This document shows positions 1 through 7,435 of a stretch of 64,000 nucleotides of DNA, piece after piece. The notes under the pieces are model-generated. The model was not told the DNA's origin. It worked only from the letters and a program-made list of their open reading frames with translations, and ran no database searches. The stretch is taken from positions 160,001 to 224,000 of IMG/VR virus record IMGVR_UViG_3300034095_001474. One strand, 5' to 3'. This DNA is from a virus. Lineage: Duplodnaviria > Caudoviricetes. The number at the start of each line of letters is the position of its first letter. Within the stretch, counting starts at the first letter, position 1. The translations under genes were made by a program, and so were the position numbers.

Positions 1-690
1 ACCTTTCTCAACACTTGTCAAGTAAGCTTGGAAACGCTCTAAATCATTTTTAGAGAATGCTTTCATCAAATCACTCATTGCTTTTGATGGCAATTTAGAG
101 TATTCAATTTTAGTCCACTCTTTTGAACACATTAATTGCTCAACAGTGTTAGAGTTTTCAACCAATAACTTACGGTAATCTTTTGGTGTTAACCCTAAGT
201 ATTTTCTAAGAGCAGAAGCTTGTCTTTTCTTGTCACGGTTACCAACGTTTGGACGTGGCATCCATTTAGCACAAAGACCGTTTTTATCTTCCAACCCTTT
301 AGCGATGTAACCCAACGCTGCGTTTTCTAATGGTGTACCAACCAAAACCAAAAGGTCATCCCATCTACCGTACTCAGCAAATAAACCTAAGTTTTTCGCA
401 AGAGATTCAGTACGATTCTCAGACAAGTAAGTAACGATATCTCTAAAGATTTGTCTCTCACCAGCACCACCTCTTACGTCACGAGCCCAGAATAATAAAC
501 GCATAGCATTTAAAGGATTCTCAGAATAAGCTTTTGTAAACGCATTGATAAGACGAGTCTTATCTTGACCTCTCATCGCACCAATTTGGAAGAACAAGTC
601 AACACAAAGGTTTAAAGATGAAGAGTTAGTTACCATTCCGTTTTCAGTTAACGAATTTTTTGTTTGCATAGCTTTTAATAATGTACTCAT
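1..690 (-). CDS. DUF2828-family (TROVE-like/vWA) protein, partial; runs off the left edge
   Basis: Not in the ORF track. Manual translation from ATG at 690 gives MSTLLKAMQTKNSLTENGMVTNSSSLNLCVDLFFQIGAMRGQDK...LLFWARDVRGGAGER...EYGRWDDL...LCAKWMPR, open to position 1. Motifs match DUF2828. Confidence 0.75.
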   Translation of the reverse strand, partial: MSTLLKAMQTKNSLTENGMVTNSSSLNLCVDLFFQIGAMRGQDKTRLINAFTKAYSENPLNAMRLLFWARDVRGGAGERQIFRDIVTYLSENRTESLAKNLGLFAEYGRWDDLLVLVGTPLENAALGYIAKGLEDKNGLCAKWMPRPNVGNRDKKRQASALRKYLGLTPKDYRKLLVENSNTVEQLMCSKEWTKIEYSKLPSKAMSDLMKAFSKNDLERFQAYLTSVEKG

Positions 691-725
691 GATTTTAAAT
701 TTTAAGATTTTTAATTTTGATATTG

Positions 726-756
726 CAAATGTACGAACAATTTTTCGGTTTGCCAA
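726..756 (-). promoter_or_regulatory. Bacteroidota sigmaA-type promoter for the DUF2828 gene
   Basis: TTG (756-754), 20-nt spacer, TACATTTG (733-726). Confidence 0.75.
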
Positions 757-809
757 CTTTTTTTATAAGTTTTTTTAATTTATTTTTTACTTAACTGATT
801 CTCAGTCTT

Positions 810-1289
810 TTATTTTCGTGCATCTAAGAAATCCATATCATATAATTCACGATTTACTAGTTTCCTAACACCGTTAACCTTTTCGTATGTTCTAGTATAA
901 TGTTCTTGGTAAAGTATTGTTACAGTATCACCAACAGATGCTGCTAACTTATTATATAGCACTCTATGTTTTGTTTCTTCACCTTCAACGGTAAACGTTC
1001 CATGTTCACATTGGAAAGCAACACCAAAACGTTCTGGAACTGTAGTTGTTGTTACTTGATAATCGTTACCAATCTTTACACCAGAATTACCATCGTAATC
1101 TGTACCAGTATAACCACCATGGTCATACATTGTTCTAGTCACTTCGGTATTATGTTCCGAAGGTGAAAATAATAGTGTTACGACTACTGCTTTCTCCTTT
1201 AATACTGGGGTTGTCTCTGATTCCGTATCAGCACAACTAACTAACGCAAACAATGATACGATAATTAAAAATTTACTCTTGTTTTTCAT
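810..1289 (-). CDS. Putative lipoprotein
   Basis: Likely start MKNKSKFLIIVSLFALVSC: basic N-terminus, hydrophobic core, lipobox LVSC. Confidence 0.7.
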   Translation of the reverse strand: MKNKSKFLIIVSLFALVSCADTESETTPVLKEKAVVVTLLFSPSEHNTEVTRTMYDHGGYTGTDYDGNSGVKIGNDYQVTTTTVPERFGVAFQCEHGTFTVEGEETKHRVLYNKLAASVGDTVTILYQEHYTRTYEKVNGVRKLVNRELYDMDFLDARK

Positions 1290-1300
1290 ATATTCTATTT

Positions 1301-1816
1301 TTAAATTTTTACAAACCAAGCTTTTACTGTTGATGTGGTGTTCTGTATGTTCATAAATTCACAGTTATTAATTACACCATCAGTAACAAAAAATTGTCCA
1401 ACTTCACCACTATAATGACTACCACCAAATGGATAAAAGTAATACAATGTAAGTGTTTTATTTGTTGATGCTACACCAGCAGATATTTGATAAGGTCTAA
1501 CTGCGTTGCTATTCAATATGTAATTGTTATTATTGATGAACTTTAAAGTATCATTTGGATATGACGTTGAAAAAGCTGTTACCACTTTTGTCAATAACCA
1601 TTTTGTCCCAACTAAATCATATAATTGATTACCAGTATTATTGGGTAATGTTCCACCGTTGGTATATTGCCATTCCCATGTTGTTGTATCGTCAACTGGT
1701 AAAGTACCAGCTTTATAATTTCCAGGTGTTATCGGTTCTTTGTTGCAAGATGCGAACAAACTTAAAAATAAAAACAACCCAACACTTTTTATTACATATA
1801 TTATCTCTTTTTTCAT
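1301..1816 (-). CDS. Putative lipoprotein, possibly lipocalin-like
   Basis: Signal peptide ending LFASC|NKE; LVGTKWLL (GxW-like) motif. Confidence 0.65.
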   Translation of the reverse strand: MKKEIIYVIKSVGLFLFLSLFASCNKEPITPGNYKAGTLPVDDTTTWEWQYTNGGTLPNNTGNQLYDLVGTKWLLTKVVTAFSTSYPNDTLKFINNNNYILNSNAVRPYQISAGVASTNKTLTLYYFYPFGGSHYSGEVGQFFVTDGVINNCEFMNIQNTTSTVKAWFVKI

Positions 1817-1840
1817 ACTATTACCTTTATATTAATATAA

Positions 1841-1871
1841 CAAATGTAAGTATTATTTTTCAATAAAACAA
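1841..1871 (-). promoter_or_regulatory. Bacteroidota sigmaA-type promoter for the lipoprotein pair
   Basis: TTG (1871-1869), N20, TACATTTG (1848-1841). Confidence 0.7.
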
Positions 1872-1874
1872 ATT

Positions 1875-2474
1875 TTAAACAAAGTTTCTCACATATTTTT
1901 TTCTATGATACTTGTTAGCACCATGTTCTTTCAATGCTTCAATATGGTCTGGCGTTAAATACCCCTTGTTTCCACACCAATTATATTGTGGGTATTGTAA
2001 ATGTAGTTTACACATATATTCATCACGTCTTACCTTGGCAACAATAGCTGCTGCTGCAATGCACGTATATGTATCATCACCTTTGGGTACTAGTGTTACT
2101 TCTGGGTCTTGTTCACGTTCATCCCATACTGTTCCATCAACAAGTATGTGTTCTGGGTTAATTGATAATTCATCTAAACACTTATACATAGTATTAAACG
2201 TTGAAGGATTTATACCTATTTCGTTTATTTCGTTTACAGAACCAGCTTGACATGAAATAGCAATAGCATTATCCATTATTAGTTGATATGCTTCGTTTCT
2301 TTGTTTTGGGGATAGTTTTTTGGAATCTCTTATAAGTGGAGATTTGAAACCTTTCGGCATTATTACTGCTGCTGTCACAACTGGCCCAGCACCGCAACCT
2401 CTACCAACTTCATCTAAACCAGCAACCAATTCGTAGTCACCAAAGTCTTCAAGAATTTTCTTCTCTTTTACCAT
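1875..2474 (-). CDS. rnhB: Ribonuclease HII
   Basis: AGLDEVGRG, DSKKLS, ILVDG, PKGDD..CIAAAAIVAKVRRD, NKGY motifs; likely start MVKEKK at 2474. Confidence 0.95.
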   Translation of the reverse strand: MVKEKKILEDFGDYELVAGLDEVGRGCGAGPVVTAAVIMPKGFKSPLIRDSKKLSPKQRNEAYQLIMDNAIAISCQAGSVNEINEIGINPSTFNTMYKCLDELSINPEHILVDGTVWDEREQDPEVTLVPKGDDTYTCIAAAAIVAKVRRDEYMCKLHLQYPQYNWCGNKGYLTPDHIEALKEHGANKYHRKKYVRNFV

Positions 2475-2715
2475 CTTTTCTTTTTTTAAAGTAATCAAAT
2501 AAAGCCCACATAGAAATTAGTGTCCAAGTACCTTCTAATATTATAAAAGGTTCGTATTGAATAATACAAGATGCTGTGCATGAAAGAATACCTCCAATTA
2601 TATTTAAAACAATATATAATGGATGGTCGTTGTCTAGTCTATCTAGAATATTTAAAAGGAAAGCGAATAGCATTAAAACTACTCCAGCAGAACCTATCAT
2701 ATCACTTATCGTCAT
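2449..2715 (-). CDS. Small membrane protein, CBU_0592/PQ-loop-like
   Basis: Three hydrophobic helices; IG..GV.L.L.AF..., LNIIGG, FIILEGTW pattern. Confidence 0.55.
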   Translation of the reverse strand: MTISDMIGSAGVVLMLFAFLLNILDRLDNDHPLYIVLNIIGGILSCTASCIIQYEPFIILEGTWTLISMWALFDYFKKRKDGKREENS

Positions 2716-2727
2716 GTGTTTTTTTTA

Positions 2728-2735
2728 CAAATGTA
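2728..2735 (-). promoter_or_regulatory. Bacteroidota-type -7 element upstream of 2715
   Basis: TACATTTG 13 nt upstream of the ATG; no TTG at the -33 position. Confidence 0.5.
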
Positions 2736-2759
2736 CGAAATAATATTTAATGAACCTAA

Positions 2760-2990
2760 TTATTCTTCTATTTTTTTAATAAATCTAACCAATATACCAT
2801 CAAATTCAACTTCGAATTCATCTGTATAGTCACATTTAGCTGATGGTGGGTTTGATTTATAAAACAATTGTTCAGTCATTGCTTTATGGTTTCTAGGGTT
2901 TAATTCATATGTCAAACTCAAACCATTTTTTTCAATGTTTTCGTTTTCAAAAATTTCAGAAACTGTTTTTATTAATTTATTGTAATCCAT
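2760..2990 (-). CDS. Hypothetical protein
   Basis: 76-aa ORF tightly packed with neighbours, A-rich start context. Confidence 0.7.
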   Translation of the reverse strand: MDYNKLIKTVSEIFENENIEKNGLSLTYELNPRNHKAMTEQLFYKSNPPSAKCDYTDEFEVEFDGILVRFIKKIEE

Positions 2991-2991
2991 T

Positions 2992-3210
2992 TTAAAATTT
3001 TGTAAATATCTTTTTTATATTAAATATAAATCGTTGAAACCAAGATTTTTTAATTAGTTTTGCTTTATTAGGATTCTTTTTTATTTGTTCACCTAAACCA
3101 GATTTAATCTCGTTTATAAGCTGTGCTTTTTTTAATGCAGTTTTATATTTGTCATTTAAAATAGCGTTTCCAGCTTGATTCATTTCTCTATCTAACATTT
3201 TATCGTTCAT
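2992..3210 (-). CDS. Hypothetical protein
   Basis: 72-aa ORF; 1 nt gap to the next gene. Confidence 0.7.
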   Translation of the reverse strand: MNDKMLDREMNQAGNAILNDKYKTALKKAQLINEIKSGLGEQIKKNPNKAKLIKKSWFQRFIFNIKKIFTKF

Positions 3211-3252
3211 AACTTTTTCAGTAAATATAAGTATTATTTTTTACATTGTAAA

Positions 3253-3522
3253 TTATTTAACATAAGAAGATTCATTGTCATGGTCGCATTTATGACAAAT
3301 GAATAAATCAGATTTATTTGAGTCAGATGCCATCCAGTGCCAATCACATTTTTTGCAAGTTATTTCAAAATCTTTTTCATCGATAATCTCCCAATATTTA
3401 TCTTTTTTATTTTTTCTATAATAAACATTAGAACCACCGATATCTCTCATTTGATATTGGTACTCATCTTTTTTACTTTCATTAAGTAAAACGCTTAATC
3501 TATTTTTTATAAAAGTTTTCAT
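3253..3522 (-). CDS. Hypothetical protein with a C-terminal zinc ribbon
   Basis: CKKC...CHKC; N-terminus MKTFIKNRLSVLLNE; upstream ATATTTATA motif. Confidence 0.7.
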   Translation of the reverse strand: MKTFIKNRLSVLLNESKKDEYQYQMRDIGGSNVYYRKNKKDKYWEIIDEKDFEITCKKCDWHWMASDSNKSDLFICHKCDHDNESSYVK

Positions 3523-3545
3523 TATAAACTATTTTAATATAAATA

Positions 3546-3576
3546 TTGACTATTTCAAGTATAATCATTATATTTG
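3546..3576 (+). promoter_or_regulatory. Bacteroidota sigmaA-type promoter for plus-strand gene 3589
   Basis: TTG(AC) at 3546, N20, TATATTTG 3569-3576. Confidence 0.7.
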
Positions 3577-3588
3577 AAATAAAAAACT

Positions 3589-3933
3589 ATGATTACATTA
3601 ATTTTTATTCTTATTTGCTATGGAGCGTGTAACAACTTGATTTACGGTTCTGTATTTGAAGGTTGGAGAAATCTTCTAGCAAAAATGGGTACTGGAGGTT
3701 ACAGTATCCACAAATTATTCACATGCTTTATGTGTTTAGGTACTTGGATGGGTTTTGCAGTATCCGCAATCATGTTGCACTTTGGATACGGTAAATTAAC
3801 CCCTATGGGTAGTTTAGGTGTTGATAATCCTTACTTAATCGTTTTCTTAAACGGATTATTAGCAACAGCTGGTGTTTGGTTAATACACACAGCTCAAGAA
3901 GCTTTTGAAAGAGCTTTCAATAAAGAAAATTAA
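3589..3933 (+). CDS. Membrane protein with CxxC, DUF1360-like
   Basis: Three TM segments; FTCFMCLGTWMGF; has its own promoter and a terminator. Confidence 0.6.
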   Translation: MITLIFILICYGACNNLIYGSVFEGWRNLLAKMGTGGYSIHKLFTCFMCLGTWMGFAVSAIMLHFGYGKLTPMGSLGVDNPYLIVFLNGLLATAGVWLIHTAQEAFERAFNKEN

Positions 3934-3944
3934 TTACCACCAAC

Positions 3945-3975
3945 AAAAAAAGCCCTATTTAATAGGGCTTTTTTA
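3945..3975. terminator. Bidirectional intrinsic terminator between convergent genes
   Basis: A7-GCCCTAT-TTA-ATAGGGC-T7. Confidence 0.85.
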
Positions 3976-3992
3976 TTGTTAATTAATTAGAA

Positions 3993-4682
3993 TTATCTAG
4001 GTGGTAATTCTACTTTGTTTGAAACATTTTTAAATTTATCAGTTTGTTTTTTACCTTTTAAATATTCAATATTTTTTCTAGCTCTTTCTTCTTCCTCGAT
4101 AATTTCAAGTTCCTCTTCAGATAATTCTATAGGGTTACCATTCTCATCTAAAAAAGTGTGTTGTTGTGTATCGATAGTTTCTTCAAATTCTTTTTCACCA
4201 GAGGTAGCATATTCATCTACGTTTTCTGGATATAGATTTGGCGTAATTTCTTCAACAACTTCTTCTTCATAAGTTTCATCGTAACTTTCATCAATATCAA
4301 AATCATCTAATTTTGGTACCAAATCTTCTTCTAAAAAACTAAATTTAAGTCTTTTTAATTTATCTAAGCTATTTTTTTTAAATACTTCTTTAAGTTCGTT
4401 GACTTTTTCTCGAAGTAAATCATGTTTTTTCTCACGTTCAACGTTGATATCAATAGTTTTCTTTACGTAAGCTAACAATTCATCTAACCCAACACCCTCA
4501 ACTTCGCTAAATAACATGAAATAATTCATTTCATCGTTACCTTTAACTTTTTTAACTTTTGGGTCTTCTGGAACTGTCCAGCCTTCTTTAAAAACAGCAT
4601 CTACCAATGGAGTACCTTCTAAATAACGTATTCCAATAACATATGGTTGTAAAGAATCTAGTGTTTTTTGTATATTTGACAT
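3993..4682 (-). CDS. Hypothetical protein, acidic/coiled-coil
   Basis: 229-aa ORF. Confidence 0.8.
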   Translation of the reverse strand: MSNIQKTLDSLQPYVIGIRYLEGTPLVDAVFKEGWTVPEDPKVKKVKGNDEMNYFMLFSEVEGVGLDELLAYVKKTIDINVEREKKHDLLREKVNELKEVFKKNSLDKLKRLKFSFLEEDLVPKLDDFDIDESYDETYEEEVVEEITPNLYPENVDEYATSGEKEFEETIDTQQHTFLDENGNPIELSEEELEIIEEEERARKNIEYLKGKKQTDKFKNVSNKVELPPR

Positions 4683-4692
4683 ATTAATTCTT

Positions 4693-4905
4693 TTAAATTG
4701 TTATACCAGTAAATATTACCGATAAAATATATGCAATAGATATACTCAACAAATATAATGATATGTCTGAAATTTTGTATTTTCTAGGTTCCTCTTCACT
4801 TGAAAGTAAAGCTGCTTGTAAAAAGTAGTATGAATGTCTAATTAGATTTAAACATGACATAAAGAATATGATTAAAAATATTTTATTGAGTATAACTATT
4901 AACAT
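4693..4905 (-). CDS. Small two-TM membrane protein
   Basis: 70 aa, two hydrophobic stretches. Confidence 0.6.
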   Translation of the reverse strand: MLIVILNKIFLIIFFMSCLNLIRHSYYFLQAALLSSEEEPRKYKISDISLYLLSISIAYILSVIFTGITI

Positions 4906-4919
4906 AATTTTATTTTTAA

Positions 4920-5105
4920 TTAAGCAGTCTTAACTGTCTTATTTTTTGCTGAAACGTCTTGTCTCAAAGTTTGTGATAAAGTTCTGATTTCTTGCAACCC
5001 TTTTCTAAGTCTTACACCAGCAGCTTTATTACCTTTTTCATAAAATTTACTTGCATCATCTTCGATAGAAGTGATTAACGTTTTTAATTCTTCAAATTTT
5101 TCCAT
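4920..5105 (-). CDS. Histone H1-like (Hc1-family, Bacteroidota-type) DNA-binding protein
   Basis: KFYEKGNKAAGVRLRKGLQEIR motif typical of the family. Confidence 0.8.
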   Translation of the reverse strand: MEKFEELKTLITSIEDDASKFYEKGNKAAGVRLRKGLQEIRTLSQTLRQDVSAKNKTVKTA

Positions 5106-5106
5106 T

Positions 5107-5328
5107 TTAGTTTTCTTTTTGGATATTGTTATTGTTATTTATTAAGTTGCTAAATTTAGCAATACTGTTTTCAACTGTTGATGTTCTAGCTAAAATACTT
5201 TTGATTTTCATAATTTTAGTGTCAACATCTTCAGTTGAATTGATAGCGGTTTCTAATTCGGTTTCCAATTTCAATTTATCAATTGATAGTTCACCAATTA
5301 CAATGTTAAATAGTCTTTCTGTATTCAT
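5107..5328 (-). CDS. Hypothetical coiled-coil protein
   Basis: 73-aa ORF abutting the Hc1 gene. Confidence 0.65.
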   Translation of the reverse strand: MNTERLFNIVIGELSIDKLKLETELETAINSTEDVDTKIMKIKSILARTSTVENSIAKFSNLINNNNNIQKEN

Positions 5329-5379
5329 GATATAAAACTAATGTATTATTTATAAAAATAAATAGTAAAACGTATTTTT

Positions 5380-5853
5380 TTATTGATTAATCAATGATTT
5401 CTCAAAAATTTTATATATTTCAACCAGTGTATCCATATCTGCTTGTGTTTTTGACTTGTCATAAGTAAAAACATCACTCCATATTTTTAACACACCTTCA
5501 TCAGTGAAATCATATGGTTTTTTACCATCATATGTATAAAACACTTCAAGCATAAACTCTAAGAAATAATCATATAGTTTATCGCTTTTAATTGATATCC
5601 CTTCTTCTTTGAAATTCTCAATCACTTTATCCCAACACCATTTAAAATGTTTTTTCTGGTCCTCAACACCCATTACATCATCACCCATATAAGTATCAAA
5701 TGCAAGCATCAACAGTGATTGAACAAAATCACTATATAGCTCACATTTTTCGTACTTTATATTATTGGAAGCATAAATTACAGCTATGCTTTCCTTACTT
5801 ATCGGGTTATGTATATATGCCAAGAAACTAAGTTTATCGTATTTATTATCCAT
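5380..5853 (-). CDS. Hypothetical protein
   Basis: 157-aa ORF. Confidence 0.75.
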   Translation of the reverse strand: MDNKYDKLSFLAYIHNPISKESIAVIYASNNIKYEKCELYSDFVQSLLMLAFDTYMGDDVMGVEDQKKHFKWCWDKVIENFKEEGISIKSDKLYDYFLEFMLEVFYTYDGKKPYDFTDEGVLKIWSDVFTYDKSKTQADMDTLVEIYKIFEKSLINQ

Positions 5854-5897
5854 TTTCTTTTTTATTGAATGTAATACATATTCATTAAAAATAAAGG

Positions 5898-6494
5898 TTA
5901 TTTGATGTCGTTTGACTCTATTAGTGTGTAAGTGAATGAATTACCATGAATTTTTGCTGATTTTTTTACAATCTTCATAAATTCATCAAAATCTTTAACT
6001 CTTTTGAATACTTGACATCCTTCACTCCAGTTCTCAACCCATGTAGAATCTTGTCCAGCTTTGTGAATATTGATACCAAAGATACCTTCATCAATCTTTG
6101 TTTCGTCAAAGGTTAAATCTTTGTTTTTATCACGATAAACTTTTACTGATTTTGCTTGTCTTAAAGCCTCGTACTTGCCTTGGTGAAGACCTAACGCATG
6201 TGAACCTCTATATTGTCCTTCAACGAGCCTAGCAACGCCATTTACATTATGATATTGCATAACACCTTTTTTCCCTGGTTCGGTTGTGTTCATCCATTCT
6301 TTATAAACCCAATTACCAGTTTCATCTTTATACGATACTGTAATCATATCATCAAATAAGTTTGTTACTTTGTTTCCAGTTGCTGAGTTTCTAACACCTA
6401 CGATATTAACGTCATAAGTCTTATTTGCTGCGTCTTCGAAATAGACGTAACCCTTTGCAGTTAATGCTGCTTGAATTTGTTCTCTTGTATACAT
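5898..6494 (-). CDS. YkuD/L,D-transpeptidase-like cell-wall enzyme
   Basis: GINIHKAG...NWSEGCQV (H-x12-S-x-G-C); likely start MYTREQ at 6494. Confidence 0.6.
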   Translation of the reverse strand: MYTREQIQAALTAKGYVYFEDAANKTYDVNIVGVRNSATGNKVTNLFDDMITVSYKDETGNWVYKEWMNTTEPGKKGVMQYHNVNGVARLVEGQYRGSHALGLHQGKYEALRQAKSVKVYRDKNKDLTFDETKIDEGIFGINIHKAGQDSTWVENWSEGCQVFKRVKDFDEFMKIVKKSAKIHGNSFTYTLIESNDIK

Positions 6495-6504
6495 AAAATT
6501 GTTT

Positions 6505-6738
6505 TTATTCTTCTTTATTATCTTTTTTGGTTGTATCGAACCAATAATCAATTATTTTACCGTATGACCCTATAAAAGCACCCAACAATAATAATAACAA
6601 TTCTTTCCATTCACCAGCTACTTCTGTATTGGTATGGATTGAAAGCAAAATACCCAATGTGATTACACAAAAGGTAATTATAACTATTATTGTTAATAAA
6701 AATCTTCTAAAATTTGTCATGTTTATTTTGTTAACCAT
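6505..6738 (-). CDS. Putative holin
   Basis: 77 aa, two TM helices, charged C-terminus, directly after the endolysin. Confidence 0.55.
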   Translation of the reverse strand: MVNKINMTNFRRFLLTIIVIITFCVITLGILLSIHTNTEVAGEWKELLLLLLGAFIGSYGKIIDYWFDTTKKDNKEE

Positions 6739-7337
6739 GAGTAATACCTTTTGGTTAACGAACTTCTATCATCAAGACCATTTGTACCTCCATTAATTGC
6801 TTTTGTCATAAGTAATATAGTATTATCATTAATACCTTTATCAGCAATTTTCCATAAATTATTTTTTTCAAAATAAAATAACGCTGATTCAAATGAATAA
6901 TCAGTTGCGACCAAATCTGGGTTAGTTAATATCTCTGGTTTACCTAAATGCTCTGAGAAAGACTTATAGTTTCCCTTTCCAGTGGTTTGCAAAGCACCTC
7001 TACCACGAAATTTCCAACCTTCTTGTGATGCTTCATTACCATTATCCATTCTATTAGCATAAACTCTAGAAGCAATCTTGATTGGTTGTCTAGCGTAAGC
7101 TTCAGCTGTTGTAGTGTTGAAGTACTTTCCGAATGTACCTAACAATCCTTTGGCACCGTAATTTAAGTTTTCACTAAACGCTACGTAACCACCAGTCTCG
7201 TGGGCTGTTTGACCAAAGAAGTGTGCTGCTCTTTCTGGTGTCATTTTAAAATAAACCATTGCTGCTTTAAGTGTTGCTGGTCCAAAAGAACCATCATTTT
7301 TAACCCCAATCTTTTCTTGTAATTTTATTAAACTCAT
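6723..7337 (-). CDS. Glycoside hydrolase family 19 endolysin with a short N-terminal PG-binding-like segment
   Basis: HFFGQTAHETGG, FRGRGALQTTGKGNY, INGGTNGLDDR; N-terminal DGSFGPAT. Confidence 0.9.
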   Translation of the reverse strand: MSLIKLQEKIGVKNDGSFGPATLKAAMVYFKMTPERAAHFFGQTAHETGGYVAFSENLNYGAKGLLGTFGKYFNTTTAEAYARQPIKIASRVYANRMDNGNEASQEGWKFRGRGALQTTGKGNYKSFSEHLGKPEILTNPDLVATDYSFESALFYFEKNNLWKIADKGINDNTILLMTKAINGGTNGLDDRSSLTKRYYSWLTK

Positions 7338-7382
7338 AATTTATTGTTTAAAAATGTTATCTGTTTATAAATATCATATAAT

Positions 7383-7415
7383 AAAAAAAGGTACCCTTTA
7401 TGAGTACCTTTTTTT
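7383..7415 (-). terminator. Intrinsic terminator
   Basis: GGTAC/GTACC stem flanked by A and T runs, after the 7436 stop. Confidence 0.65.
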
Positions 7416-7435
7416 ATATTATATTTTATTTAAAA

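Noticed and set aside
7366-7374. TATAAATA read as a T4 gp55 late promoter
   Set aside because: The motif is consistently in the opposite orientation relative to the genes (TATTTAT on the coding strand), so it is treated as a distinct class II motif
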